From the NCBI RefSeq assembly GCF_963921235.1, contig NC_086097.1, positions 200,262,001 to 200,326,000 of the forward strand: a DNA stretch of 64,000 nucleotides, read 5' to 3'. This document shows positions 1-12,946 of this stretch, one piece after another. Positions within the stretch are counted from its first letter, which is position 1. Each line of letters opens with the position of its first letter. This DNA is from Mobula hypostoma. Its lineage: Eukaryota. Under the pieces are notes generated by a model. It searched no databases. It worked only from the letters and a program-made list of their open reading frames with translations, and was not told the DNA's origin. The translations under genes and the position numbers were made by a program.

Positions 1-303
1 TGATAATTAGAGACACCCTCAAGATACCATGTAGGTTTACTGCTCAAGCCAAGGCTCTGTCCTTTGATTTTTTTTTCCATGCTGTGTATAACTATTTGTT
101 TTCTTCCACCTTCCCTTTCTCAAGCACTGAATCTTGATCAATCCTTTCTCTGCTTCAAAACCACCAGTTATGATGGTTCCTCCATTGTTGTTGTTAAGAA
201 CGCTCCTTCCAGAGAGGGAGAAAATCTGTGGAGCTGAGAAATTGACTGAGAGAAGAGTGAGAGAGTGATTGGGAGGGAGGGGATAAACAATTGCCTGCAA
301 CAG

Positions 304-451
304 ATGAGGTGTTTTATGTTTAATGAAACCCGTAGCACATTTTATTGAACTCCAAAACCTAAAACACAAAAGCGCGCTAAAAATCTTTATGTAATAACGT
401 CATCACATCAGAACAGCCTCTTAAGGTGAAACCCCAACTCAGTGTCCGTGG
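304..451 (-). mobile_element. Distal ~150 bp of an LTR of Gypsy element A (displaced part of its 3' LTR)
   Basis: Reverse complement (cactgagttggggtttcac...aaagatttttagcgc...ggagttcaataaa...gtttcattaaacataaaacacctca) aligns with the LTR at 7877-8092, lacking its first ~35 bp and last ~25 bp. Confidence 0.85.
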
Positions 452-463
452 TTGCTCATGATG

Positions 464-1121
464 GAAGTAAGCCTCCTTGGAGAACCAGGCCACCACCGGA
501 AGGTGGCAAACCCCTGATGAAACCTATGGTGATGTGGGACCTCATAGTCATCGTGGAATCAGCAGGGTCCACGGGAGCCCAGAGGATCTGTCAAAGGCTC
601 TGCACACCAGAATGCAGGGCTCCGCAGAAGGAGGTTGACGGGTACAGGGCTGCTGTATTGTGACAGAAAGTTGGTTGAGTTTGGCAAGCAGATGGTCAAT
701 GGTTTCCTGCTGCTTTGAGATCATGTGTTCCTGTTGACAGATTACTTCCTTTAGGCAAGCAGATTTTGCTGGGTCAATCATTGGCTTACTCACCCTATCA
801 GGAAACTTAGAGGAGGCTTGACCCAAAATCAGAGCAGCAGAAACAACTTAGCAGTAAATGTTATCTCACTGATTAGCTGCAAAATAACAAGCCATACAGG
901 GTCACAAAATAAGAGAGAACAGATAATTAACACAGCAAGGTAACTGAAGGCTATAGACAAGTGATTGAGGCTGATTAGTTCATATGAGTGATGAGGATGG
1001 TGGATGAGAGCTGGATTTAAACAGGCTGCAGGTAATGATTTGGAAATGGGTGGCAGGTGATTCCTGTTAGCTGTGTGGTGACTGGGAGGTGCCTCCGAAA
1101 CAGACTGGTGATTCTGTTGCA
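464..1121 (-). mobile_element. Chromovirus/sushi-like Gypsy element B, 5' half: 5' LTR (796-1121), gag N-terminus, internal deletion, start of integrase
   Basis: LTR aligns with 14421-14725. Gag-like DPAKSACLKEVICQQEHMISKQQETIDHLL (ORF 548-826) is followed by integrase-like SHITIGFIRGLPPSGG..WFSKEAYF. Confidence 0.85.
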
Positions 1122-3610
1122 AACAAGAGAAAATCTGCAGATGCTAGAAATCCAAGCAACACACACAAAGTGCTGGAGGGTCTCCGCAGGCCAGGTAGCA
1201 TCTATGGAAAATAGTACAGTTGGTGTTTTGGGCCAAGACTCTTCATCAGGACGGGGGATAAAAGATGAGTAGTCAAAGTAAGAAAGTAGGGGGATGGGAA
1301 GTAGAACCACAAGTTAATAGGTGAAACCTGTGGGGGGGGGGGGTGTGCAGAGGAGTGAAGGAAAGAGCTGGGAAGTTGATTGGTGAAAGAGAGATAGGGC
1401 TGGAGAAGGGGGAGTCCAATAGGAGAGGACAGAAGATTCAAGATTCAAAAAACTTTATTGTCATTCTAACCATACATCAGCTTTGCAGAGCAGAATGAGA
1501 CAGTGTTTCTCAGGGGCAGTGCAATCATAATGTAACAAATGCAACACTAAATAATAAACATAACAATAAATAGTAAAAACACAACAGCCACATCTCAGTT
1601 AAAGTCAGTTATAAGTGTCCAGTGCAAGTAAAAAGTGTCCAAAGCAGTCAGGTGGAGCAGCTATTTAGCAGTCTGACTGCCTGTGGGAGGAAGCTGTTCA
1701 GTAGCATTGTGGTTTTAGTTTTGATGCTCCTGTAACATTTGCCTGATGGCAGAAGAACAACCAGTTCATGGAGAGGGTGAAGGTTATGGAAGAAAGAAGA
1801 GGGAAGAGCACCAGACAGAGGTGATGGGCTGCTAAGGGGATAAGCTGAGAGAGGGAAAGGGGGATGGGGAATGGTGAAGGTGGGGTGGGGGCAATTACCG
1901 GAAGTTCAAGAATTGCTGTTCATGCAATCAGGTTGGAGGCCTACCCAGATGAAATATAAGGTTTTGTTCCTCCAATCTGAGTGTGGCCTCATCATGACAG
2001 TAGAGGAGGCCATGGACTAACATGTTGGAATGGGAAGTGGAATTAAAATGGGTGCCACTGGGAGATCCTGTTTTTTCTGGCAGATGGAGCATGGGTGCTC
2101 GACAAAATGGTCCCTGAATCTGTGTCCGCTCTTACTGATATACAGGAGGCCACATTGGGATCACAGTATACAGTAGATAACTCCCCAACAGACTCACAGG
2201 TGAAGTCACAGTCCTCACCTGGAAGGACTGTTTGGAGCCCTGAATGGAAGTGAGGGAGCAGGTGTAGGGGAGGGGTAGCACTTGTTCTGCTTGCAAAGAT
2301 AAGTGGCAGGAGAAAGATCAGTGGGGAGGGACTAATGGACAAGAAAAATGCATAGGGAGTGATCCTTGTAGAAAGTGAGGGAGAGGTGAAAGAAAGATAT
2401 GCTTTGTGGTGGGATCCCGCTGGAGATGGTGGATGTTACAGAGAAATATGTGCTGGACACGGAGTCCGGTGGAGTGGTGGGTGAGGACAATTGGAACCCT
2501 ATCCCTGGTAGGGTGGCGGGAGGATGGGGTAAGAGCTGACATGTGAAATGAAAGAGATGCGGTTGAGGGCAGCATTAATGGTGGAGAAAGGGAAGCCCCT
2601 TTCTTTGAAGAAGGAGGACATCTCCTTAGTTCAGAAATGAAAAGCCTAATCCTGAGAGTGGATACGGTGGAGATGGAGGAATTGAGAGAAGGGGATGGCA
2701 TTTTTACGAGTAACAGGGTGGGAAGAAGTATAGTCCAGGTAGCTGTGAGAGTCTGTGGGTTTATAACAGACGTCAGCAAATAAGCTGTCTCCAGAGATAG
2801 ACAATGAGATCGAGAAAGGGGAGGGAGGAGTCAGAAATATAGTAGGTAAATTTGAGGTCGGGGTAGATGTTGGAGGCAAAGTTGATGAAGTTGAGGACTC
2901 CGTATAAGTGTAGGAAGTGGCACCAATGCAATTGTCGACGTAGCGTAGTGAACGTCGGGGAGTGATACCAGTGTAGGCTTTGAACATAGACTGTTCCACG
3001 TATCCAACAAACAGGCAAGCATAGCTGGGACCCAGGAGAATGCCCATAGCTATACCTTTTCTTTGGAGGAGCCAAAGGAGAAATTATTAAAGGTGAGGAC
3101 AAGTTCCCGTTAGATGGAGGAGAGTGCTGGTGGAGGGGAATTGGTTGGGTCTGGTGGCCAGGAAGAACAGAGAACTTTGAGGCCTTCCTGGTGGGGAATA
3201 GAGATGTACAGGGACTGGACATTCATAGTGAAAATAAAATCATTGGGCCAGGGAACTTGAAATCATTGAAATGATCAAGAGCATTCGAAGTGTTACGGAC
3301 GTAGGTAGGAAGGAACTGAACCAGGGGGATAAAACAGAGTCAACGTATGCAGATACAAGTTCAGTGGAGCAGGAACAAGCAGAAACTCCCTGGACAAGTA
3401 GGTATGTGGATCTTGGGTAGGAGATAGAAATGGGAGGTGTAGGTTGAGGGAACTATGAGGTTGGTGGCAGTGGATGGGAGATTCCCAGAGGTAATGAGGT
3501 TGGTGATAGTGTGGGAGACAATGGCCTGGTGCTCCTTAGTGCAGTCCTATTCAAGGGGTAAATAAGAGGAGGTGTCTGACAGTGGTCGCTGGGCCTCAGC
3601 AAGGTAGAGG
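1122..3610 (-). mobile_element. Penelope-like retroelement (degenerate RT + GIY-YIG endonuclease + pLTR), 5'-truncated
   Basis: RT motifs MGILLGPSYACLFVGYVEQSMF and LRYVDNCIG; YKPTDSHSYLDYTSSHP; FTCESVG endonuclease region; terminal repeat shared with other copies. Confidence 0.9.
1433..1779 (-). mobile_element. LINE 3' end (Rex1/Babar/L2-like) inserted in the Penelope pLTR
   Basis: (TTGAATC)n-type tail with AATAAA on the minus strand; the pLTR resumes after 1780. Confidence 0.65.
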
Positions 3611-4386
3611 TTATTCTGCTGTGGGGGTTTCAGCTGAGCTTCAGCCAGACCCTGTCGAAACATTCATTGTTTACTGCAAGAGACTCTCAGTTTGAGGATT
3701 AAGTGTAGAGGAATATTAATGCATTCCTTTCCCTTTCCTAATCCATGGATTCAAAAGAAATTGTCTCACTTGAGATAGGCTTTCATAGATTGGACGAGAC
3801 AGGTTTTCCTTGATGGGAGATTCACGTGACTGTAAGGTAAATAGTCTGGATAGGTTCCCCGTGTACCATTGATGGGAAGTGTTTTTGAAATATGTATATG
3901 ACACAAAAACAGCAATATAATTCCAGAAGGAGGTCCAATCTGACTCTGAAGGCAGGGAGTGCAAAGGTGCTATTGAACAAGAGTGCATTTCACATGAGAT
4001 GCAGCAAAACCACAAAATGGGGTGAAACTGCACTTTAAAAGTATCTTTGGACTTTTGTATTATTTTTGAAGAGAGGAGAATCTGGCTTCTGCTACCTGTG
4101 GATTGTAACTCAGCCACTTGGAGAGGCCATCTGCTCTCAGGTGCACCAGCGTAGTTGTGGAGCATCCCTTGTCAATGTTCGCAGTTGGGTCTGAAAAATG
4201 TGCAGCAATCAGATAGTTCTAATCAGCTGACTGAACTTCAGAACCCACTGATATCAGTTTGGTTCCTGCTACTATCATTACAGACTGAAATTAACATGAA
4301 ATAATCCAGCTGATGAACTGTTTTTTTTTTAAATTCTGGCTTTTTGAAGTGTTCTATGAAGGCCATTTGCCACTGTTTTTTGTGTT

Positions 4387-4615
4387 GGGCACGTGGCCAA
4401 GTGGTTAAGGCGTTTGTCTAGTGATCTGAAGGTCACTATTTCAAGCCTCAGCTGTAGGAGCGTGTTTGTGTCCTTGAGCAAGGCACTTAACCACACATTG
4501 CTCTACTGTCTGTGCGAGGAGTGGTGCCCCACATAGACTTCCAATCTGTGCCTTGTAAGGCATGAAAATGCCCGATGCAGGCCTCTCATGGTCTGAGTCA
4601 ATGTTCCCTCCCTCC
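4387..4615 (+). mobile_element. tRNA-derived SINE
   Basis: Box A (gtggccaagtgg) and box B-like (tttcaagcc) head; tgtgtccttgagcaaggcacttaacc block shared with the SINE at 13931. Confidence 0.8.
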
Positions 4616-6762
4616 CTATATACATGTGAAGTAATGTTGAAATAATCCTACATGGTGACCAGAACCTTGGCTAATCTCATTTGATCAGATTAACTGTATT
4701 TTAACTGCCATGCATGATGAATCTGACTCTGACATCGATCTCCAAATGCTTACTAACAGCCACCTAATGGCTTATTTATTAAAGGCAATGTGAAGCCAGC
4801 ATGGAATGAGAAGATCCCAGTTTAATCGAGGGTCACGTCGTGTGCTGATTTCAGCCAGTGTTTTTGATGTTCTCAATACAGCACATGAAAAGAAACTTCA
4901 ATGTTCATGAAAAATAATGGGTTAAGTATTAAGCTTTTCACAGCCAATGATGTGTCATCACTGCTTCAAGCTTCGGCAGAACATTAACCAAAATGCACAT
5001 GATGTCCCGTAAAACTGCTGTAGCTTTGGATATGGCTAGCAAGTTCCATTTCCCAGCAGTAATGACCTTTCTGATGAAGAGAACAAGACAAAGGCTTGCA
5101 CTGAATTTCAAGCCCCTGATTTTAGAATTGTCGAGCTCAGCACCTGAGAGCAGTTTTCCTGGTTTAATTTAATTGCATGTTATTGTCAATGTAACCAATT
5201 TTTGTTGCACATTGGCAAGACAAATCCCACTGGACAGCCATGCATACTGAAGCTTGCATTCAGAAGCACTGCACGGCAGTTTGGTTTCACATTAGCTCCA
5301 GTATGACTATGGGTTTAGAACTACAAATAGCAACAGTACTGCTCCCAGCCAGAATGACTCAGAATATCACTGATTGTCTGTCTGTAAGTTAATGACATTG
5401 ATTTTGTGCTTGCAATTTAAATGTCCTCCTCTCACTACATTGGAGAAATTGTTCTGCTTTTATTCGAGGAAGTTGCTGTAGGATTCTGTGATGTACATTT
5501 TCTTTCTTCTGCTCTTTAAATAGATTGTGTTTTCCAAGTAAATTGAATGTATTCTGTAAAATAGACTGGTTGTGAGCCTGGGTTTATGCAGTTTACCACC
5601 TCAATCCAACTCACTGCATGACATAATGTAATCAACAGACAGTCAATTCCCATGACAGGAAGAGCTCAGTAAGATGCAAAATAAGGTTCTGCTTCAGAAA
5701 CCATCCTTGGTGACTATTATATCAACGCAATGTTCTTCCAATTTTCCACATACATTTTGAATGAATTTGCCTGGTATTATATAAATAGGGCCAGTTTTAT
5801 ATTCATGGGACGTAAGGTTTTCCAAGATCATTTCACATTGGACTGCATAGTTTTGGGTAGATTAAATTATTCTCAGAAGTTCTGTACTTCATACATATTC
5901 TCATCACATGCCATTTTTAAGGGAACATTTTTCTATGTGTTTTGGCACTGGGTGCCCTCATGTCATACTGTAGTTCAATCTACAGCATCTGAAGGCTCAA
6001 TCTGTGCTGATTAGATTTCTGCTAAGGGCACTGTTTTTCAAGAATTTATTACTGATTTTTTTTCTTCAGCTCTTTACTGAATATTGAAAAACAGGGTAAC
6101 ATTATCTTTTACTAAATGCTGTCATTTATTTCTACTTAGAAACATAGAAACCTACAGCACAAATACAGGCCCTTCGGCCCATTAAGCTGTGCTGAACATG
6201 TCCTTACCTTAGAGATTACCTCGGTTTGCCCATAGCCCTCTATTTTTCTACTTGCTGAAATATAATGCTCCATTTATTTATGGGTGTAAGGACATGCACA
6301 TTATTATCCCAGCTTCATACGAAGCTTTCCAAACTGTACTTTCCAGTCAATTAAGCACACTTTCTAAGCAGGAATAAGTGACATGAAGTCAAAAAAACTT
6401 CCAAAAAAACAAAGTATTTCAGCTGTTCTTGTAGTTTAAAAATAAGTGAATATGTTTACATTATCTGATGATTTGCATTAGAATGCTTTGTGTAAAAAAA
6501 AAACAGTAAAGTAATATTACATAATGTCCACGTGTCTAAACTCACTTGTTCATTGTTAAAATTGGAACTAGTTTTTCCAAATTGTTTTGAGGTAAACCAC
6601 TGGTTTCATTTTGTCCTGGAAGTTTTCCAGTTGAAGACTCTGAAAGTATGACTGGCCTAAGGATAATCTTGCAGTTTCGTGACAAATATTTGCTGTAATT
6701 ATAAACATATTGTCCATAGCTGGCATGACAGTAACACATAGTGTACCTACAGATTTCTGGCA

Positions 6763-7466
6763 ACCATAAGACATAGGAGCAGAATTAAGCCATGCAGCCC
6801 ATTGAGTCTGCTCTGCCATTATTATCCCCCTCAACCTGATTCTCCACATTCTCCACATAACCTTTGACATATTGACTAATCAAGAAGTATCAACCTCCAC
6901 TTTAAATATATCCAAATACTTGGCCTACGCAGCCATCTGTGGCAATAAATTCCAAAGATTCACCACCCTCTGACTAAAGATATTTCTCCTCATCTCTGTT
7001 CTAAATGGATATCCCTCTATTCTAAGGCTATGCCCTGTGGTCCTAGATTCCCCCACTATAGGAAACATCTTCTCTACCTCCACTGTTATAGGCCTCTCAA
7101 TATTCTATAGGCTTCAGTGAGATTTTCCCCCACCTCATTTTTCTTAACTCCAGCGAATACAGCCCCAGAATCATCAAATGTTCCTCACATGTTAACCTTT
7201 TTATTCTGGAATCATTCTCATGAACCTTCCCTAGACTCCCTCCAATGCCTGCACATCTTTTCTTGGATAAGGCACCCAAAATGCTCACAATACTCTGGGG
7301 TCGTCTGATCCCAATGCCTTATAAAGCCTCAGTATTGCTTTTATACTCTAGTCCTCTTAAAATAAATGCTAACATTGCGTTTGCCTGCTTTACCACTGAC
7401 TCAACCTGCAAGTTAGCCTTTAGGGAAACCTGTACAAGGACTCCAAAGTCCGTTTGCACCTCTGAT
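6763..7466 (-). mobile_element. CR1 LINE 3' fragment
   Basis: VLVQVSLKANLQVESVVKQANAMLAFI and LGLYSLELR; (TCTTATG)n-like tail; homologous to copies at 17270 and 40270. Confidence 0.9.
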
Positions 7467-8129
7467 TGTAATGAGCCCTGTGGCTTTCCACACAGCACTG
7501 AGCCTCTCTGGTTCTTGCACATATGTATTTACTAATCAATATTTTACCTAGAGTTGTTAAGCCCTTGTGCTTTCAGTTTAATCTTGTCAAGTTAATTGTA
7601 GCAGGCACATGTTGCCCTGATTCTATGATTATTTAAAGAGGTCTCCTATTCAGTACATCATTGTGTTAGAGAGGAAGAATTCTCATGGTGTTGCTCAGTC
7701 GTTCCTCCGAGGCTCTGATTCTAGCATTTAACCTCCTGTTTCTGTCCCCTCCAGGGGATCCTGCTGTTCCTTTGCACCAGGGTCCAGTCCTTTGTGAGCA
7801 CACTGTGACCATGATTATTTTGTATTTTCTCAAATAAAAGATCAACTGTAACAAGAAAATTATTTGAATATCAAATTGTAGAGTAACAGAATTGGGAGAA
7901 ACATACATTGACACCGGCATTGAGTTGGGGTTTCACTTCAAGAGTGGTCTTGAAGTGGTCTGACATGATGATATTATTAAGTAAAGATTTTTAGCGCATT
8001 TTTATGATTTAGGTTTTGGAGTTCAATAAAATGAGTTATGAGTTTCATTAAACATAAAACACCTCACTTCATTTTATTTGCGAAAACCTAAATTGGTGAT
8101 CCCAATGCTCTAGGACAATTCCAGAGTTA

Positions 8130-8690
8130 TTGAACATGTCAGCCAATGCAGACGCTTTGAAACTACCAAGGTTTTGGAAGCAAAATGCCATTGCTTGGTT
8201 TGTACAAGCTGAGACCCAGTTCATTCTGCGAGAAATCACCTCTGACGACACCAAATTCTACTACTTGGCAGTGCTGCTTAGCAATTCCATGGCTGCAAGA
8301 TTGGTGAGTCTGCTGGAAGGCCTGCCTGAACACGATAAATACCGATCACTGAAAGGTCACCTTTTACAGACTTTTGGACTACCGGAGTCTCAGCGCACCG
8401 AACAGTTGCCTTCCTTACCTGGTCTCAATGATGCTAGGCCTTCAGTGATAATGGACCACATGCTGTCTCTCCTGAGAAATCACCATCCTTGCTTTATTTT
8501 TAAAGAACTCTTCATGCAGCAAATGCTTGATCAAGTTTGCATAGCCCTCACTAATGCAACCGTGATAGAATACAGGGAGCTTGCTAAAGTGGCTGATAGT
8601 CTGCGCTCAGCTAGGCAGCAGTGTGTCATTCCTCCAAGTTTCCCAGTCAGCAAGGCCCCCAACGTAAGAATGCCTGCGCTTGCAAAATAG
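8130..8690 (+). pseudogene. gag: gag of element A (truncated by stop)
   Basis: Colinear similarity to the gag at 33392-34096. Confidence 0.8.
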
Positions 8691-10100
8691 ATGACGCCAG
8701 GCCTTTGTTTTTACCACACTTGCTTTGATATGACTGCTAGGAAGCACTGACCACTTTGCAACTTCAATAATGCCAGTGTATCGGGACATCAGAGGTCTGT
8801 GAACACTGTGGATTCCAGCAGCCAGGGTCATCTACATTACGAACATCATTTCAGGGCAACGCTTCCTGTGTGACATGGGAGCTTGAGTGAGTGTGATACC
8901 AGCATCGCCTATTGTTGAGAAGGCAAAGAGCGACAAAACCTCCCTGGAGAAGCAGGATCCAGACTTGCGGGACACGATGGGTGACGCTGCACATAGGGCT
9001 TCGTCCTGGCTAAAGTGGTTAGACCTCCGCTTGGTGCAGATTTCCTGCATGCGAAGGACTGCTGGTCGATTTTAAGAAGGACCGGCTTGTGAATGTCAAG
9101 GACTTTGGGTTGTTATCCTTCTCCCCCAGCAAGTTCCTCTCAACAACTCTGTCAAGTGTATGTAGCATGACATGAGAATTTATTTGACTGCTGGGCAAGT
9201 TTGCACACCTCACCAAGCCCACATTGTCCACTACAGTTACAAAACATGGGGTCAAGCACCACGTTCCCACAGCAGGCCTGCCAGTCCATGCTCGCGTGCA
9301 TAGTCTGGACCCAGGTAAGCTGACAACCGCAATGGTTGAGTTTGGCATTGTAGGCTGATCAAATAGCCCCTGGGCTTCACTCCTCCGTAAGTGCAATGGT
9401 AGTTGCCATGCCCATGTGGTGATTACTGAGACTTTAATGAGGCCACCACCCCTGATCGTTACCTGGCCCCACATCCAAGACCTTTCAGCATGTTTAGCTG
9501 GAAAGAATCGGAATCAGGTTTATTATCACCGGCATGTGACGTGAAATTTGTTAACTTAGCAGCAGCATTTCAATGCAATACGTAATATAGAAAAAATGAT
9601 AAATGAAATAAATACTCATTAATAAATCAATTATATATGTATATTGAATAGATTTTTAAAAGTGCAAAATACAGAAATACTGTATATTAACGAAAGTGAG
9701 GTAGTGTCCCAGGGTTCAATGTCCATTTAGGAATCAGATGGCAGAGGGGAAGAAGCTGTTCCTGAATCGCTGAGTGTGTGTGTTCAGGCTTCTGTATCTC
9801 CTACCCGATGGTAACAGTGAGAATAGGGCATGCCCTGGGTGCTGGAGGTCCTTAATAATGGATGCTTCCTTTCTGCGACGCCGCTCCCTGTAGGCTAGTA
9901 CCTATGATGGAGCTGACTAGATTTACAACCCTCTGCAACTTTTTTTGGTCCTGTGCAGTTGCCCCCTCTTCCCCCCACCATACCAGACGGTGATGCAGCC
10001 TGTCAGAATGCTCTCCACAGTACATCTATAGAAGATTTTGAGTGTATTTGTTGACATGCCAAATCTCTTCAAACTCCTAATGAAGTGTAGCCGCTGTCTT

Positions 10101-11122
10101 CCACTGCATCTGCTCTCGGGATGAGGCTTTTCATTCCAGGACGAGGGAGATGTCCTCCTTTTTTAAAGAAAGGGGCTTCCCTTCCTCCCCCCCCCCCCAC
10201 AATTTCTGCAGGGATCGCTCCCTACGCGACTCCCTTGTCCATTCGTTCCCCCCACCCCCCCCCCGGCATCCCTCCTGGCACTTATCCTTGTAAGTGGAAC
10301 AAGTGCTACACATGCCCTTACACTTCCTCCCTCACCACCATTCAGGGCCCCAGACAGTCCTTCCAGGTGAGGCGACGCTTCACCTGTGAGTCGGCTGGGG
10401 TGATATACTGTGTCCGGTGCTCCCAATGCGACCTTCTGTATACTGGCGAGACCCGATGCAGACTGGGAGATCGTTTTGCTGAACACCTACGCTCTGTCTG
10501 CCAGAGGAAGCAGGATCTCCCAGTGGCCAGACATTTTAATTCCACATCCCATTCCCATTCTGATATGTCTATCCATGGTCTCCTCTACTGTCAAGATGAA
10601 GCCACACTCAGGTTGGAGGAACAACACCTTATATTCCGTCTGGGTAGCCTCCAAACTGATGGCGTGAACACTGACTTCTCTAACTTCTGCTAATGCCCCA
10701 CCTCCCCCTCGTACCCCATCTGTTATTTATTTATGTACACACATTATTTTTCTCTCTCCCTCCTTTTTCTTCCTCTGTCCCTCTCACTATACCCCTTGCC
10801 CATCCTCTGGGCTTTTCCACTCTCCCCCTTTTCTTTCTCCCTAGGCCTCCTGTCCCATGATCCTCTCATATCCCTTTTGCCAATCAGCTATCCAGCTCTT
10901 GGCTCCATCCCTCCCCCTCCTGTCTTCTCCTATCATTTCAGATCTCCCCCTCCCCCTCCCACTTTCAAATCCCTTACTAGCTCTTCTTTCAGTTAGTCCT
11001 GACGAAGGGTCTCGGCCCGAAATATTGACTGTACCTCTTCCTAGAGATGCTGCTTGTCCTGCTGTGTTCACCAGCAACTTTTATGTGTGTTGCTTGAAAT
11101 TCCAGCATCTGCAGATTTCCTC
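10101..11122 (+). mobile_element. Penelope-like element 3' part (GIY-YIG + pLTR) with 16-bp TSD
   Basis: FTCESAGVIYCVRCSQCDLLYTGETRCRLGDRFAEH; flanked by gtgtagcc(g/a)ctgtctt at 10085-10100 and 11123-11138. Confidence 0.92.
10995..11030 (+). ncRNA. Minimal type I hammerhead ribozyme motif in Penelope pLTR
   Basis: AGTC-CTGACGA-aGGGtctcggCCC-GAAA-TATT-GACT: helix I, catalytic core, helix II, palindromic mini helix III. Confidence 0.75.
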
Positions 11123-12946
11123 GTGTAGCCACTGTCTTGCCTTCTTTATAACTACATCGATATGTTGGGACCAGGTTAGATCCTCAGCGATCTTGACACC
11201 CAGGAACTTGAAACTGGTCACTCACTCCACTTCTGATCCCTCTATGAGGATTGGTATGTACTCCTTCGTCTTACCCTTCCTGAAGTCCACAATCAGCTCT
11301 TTCATCTTACCGACACTTAGTGCCAGGTTGTTGCTGCGGCACCACTCCACTAGTTGGCATATCTCACTCCTGTACACCCACTCATCACCACCAGAGATTT
11401 TTTACGAAGTCAACCCCAAGTCAATCAGGAGGACATAACCCAAAATGGCTGTGATAACCCCATTCAGCCTTTTTGAGTTTCTGCACATGCTATTTGGGCT
11501 GAAAAATGCAGCACAGACTTTCCAATGCCTGATAGACTCTGTACTAAAAGAGTTAGATTTTCTCTTTGTTTACCTGGATGACATACTTGTTGCCAGTGCA
11601 TCCAAATCCAAACAGATATTTCATTTCCGCGCACTTTTCAAGTGTTTAAACTGACACGGGTTCATTATTGTGCCTGACAAATGCCAGTTTGGCTTATCAA
11701 CCATTGACTTTCTTGGCCAATGCATCTCTGCAGAAGGTGTAAACCCCTCCCATCAAAAGTAGCCGCTACTATGAATTTTCAATCACCCCGCACTGCAGAA
11801 AAACTACAGGAGTAAATTTCTATCACTGCTTCATTCCATGAGCTGCTGAACTTTTGCTCCCCCTGTACAGTGCGTTTAAAGGCAAAACTTCTAATCATAT
11901 GCTTTACTGGTCAGCAGGACATGATGAGGGCATTTGCTGATACCAAACAAACTCTATTAGACCGGGTCAATGTGAGCCTTGTTGGTCCTCTTTTCCCCCC
12001 TCCCGCGGTTTCACACACCTTCTTACCACGGTGGATCGTACAAGCAGGTGGCCAGAGGTCCTCCCTCTGGCATCAACGATGGCCACCGACGTGGCTCTGG
12101 CATTCACCAGTACTGGGGTTGCTCAGTCTGACACCCCACTGATAGTTCCTCCGACCACGGTCCCCAATTTATTTCGGAACTCTGGGCTACAATAATCCAG
12201 AATATGGCATTGGGGTACATCGCTCCACGGCTTATCACCTACAGTCCAATGGCCTATGCAAGTGGCTTCACTGGTCCTTAAAGGCTGCTCTGAGGGCTTC
12301 CCAGACCAATGAGCGTTGGCAGGATTGTCTCCCGTGTGTTCTGCTGGGCTCAGCACTGCTCCAAAAGAGGGCCTGCAGACGTCCATGGCAGAGTTGGTAT
12401 ACGGGCAGCTGCTATGAATGCCAGATGATTTCATTTCTGATGCCACAACCGCCTGGTCAGCCTCTCAACAGCGCTCCACCCCCCTTCAGTAAATTCAATT
12501 CCCTTTCACCTGTTCCTATTTCCCATCATGGTGTATAGCACTCGTGTGTTCCTGTTGACCTATGTTCCACCTCGTTTGTTTTTCCCCTTATCCCCTTAGG
12601 CCCCCTTACGAAGGCCCGTTCCGCATTTTGGAATGGGGGCAAAGACTTTTATCACAGATAAGAGGGGTAAACCTGAATGTATTTTGGTAGATCACCTTAA
12701 ACACCAAGATTTGGAGCATTCTACTGCTATGCCCCTGGCATCTCAGCACATGACCATGAGCGTGTCCACACATCTCTGGATGGGCCAGAGGCACCTGCTG
12801 TTCCTCCACCCTTGGAACACAGGACCCGAGCCAGGCCGCTCATCCAAGCTGCAGACAGGCTCACATTGCCAGTTTTAGTCAATTCTGAGGGTGGGGGGGG
12901 GGGCAGTGGACAACTGTGTAGGGTAACGTAATTGGGAAAATAACAT

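Larger units (their letters stand above)
9506..11396 (-). mobile_element. Rex1/Babar-like LINE 3' portion inserted in the RT of element A
   Basis: (GATTC)n-like tail at 9506; C-terminal RT-like sequence on the minus strand; Gypsy RT stops at ..ACLAGK and resumes at IF.. Confidence 0.8.
7877..12946 (+). mobile_element. Degenerate Gypsy element A (CsRn1-like): 5' LTR 7877-8092, PBS 8094-8103, gag/pol relics, PPT ~12887-12903, 30-bp stub of 3' LTR 12917-12946
   Basis: LKLPRFWKQNAIAWFVQAETQF gag; [13 protein letters not shown]...YLDDILVAS; integrase remnants; tgtagagtaac vs tgtagggtaac LTR starts; tggtgatccc PBS. Confidence 0.9.

Noticed and set aside
548..826. Domesticated PEG10/RTL-like gag gene
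   Set aside because: Short, disrupted, flanked by an LTR and fused to integrase debris; ordinary transposon relic
3716..4165. 149-aa minus-strand ORF, including a possible 60-nt exon at ~3770-3830
   Set aside because: No recognisable protein similarity; the splice-like signals could be chance
4387..4460. tRNA gene (also 13931-14000)
   Set aside because: No clean cloverleaf; continues into a SINE body and tail
7467..7853. Possible solo LTR (TG start, tatttaaag, aataaaa)
   Set aside because: No matching second copy, TSD or clear terminal inverted repeat in the window
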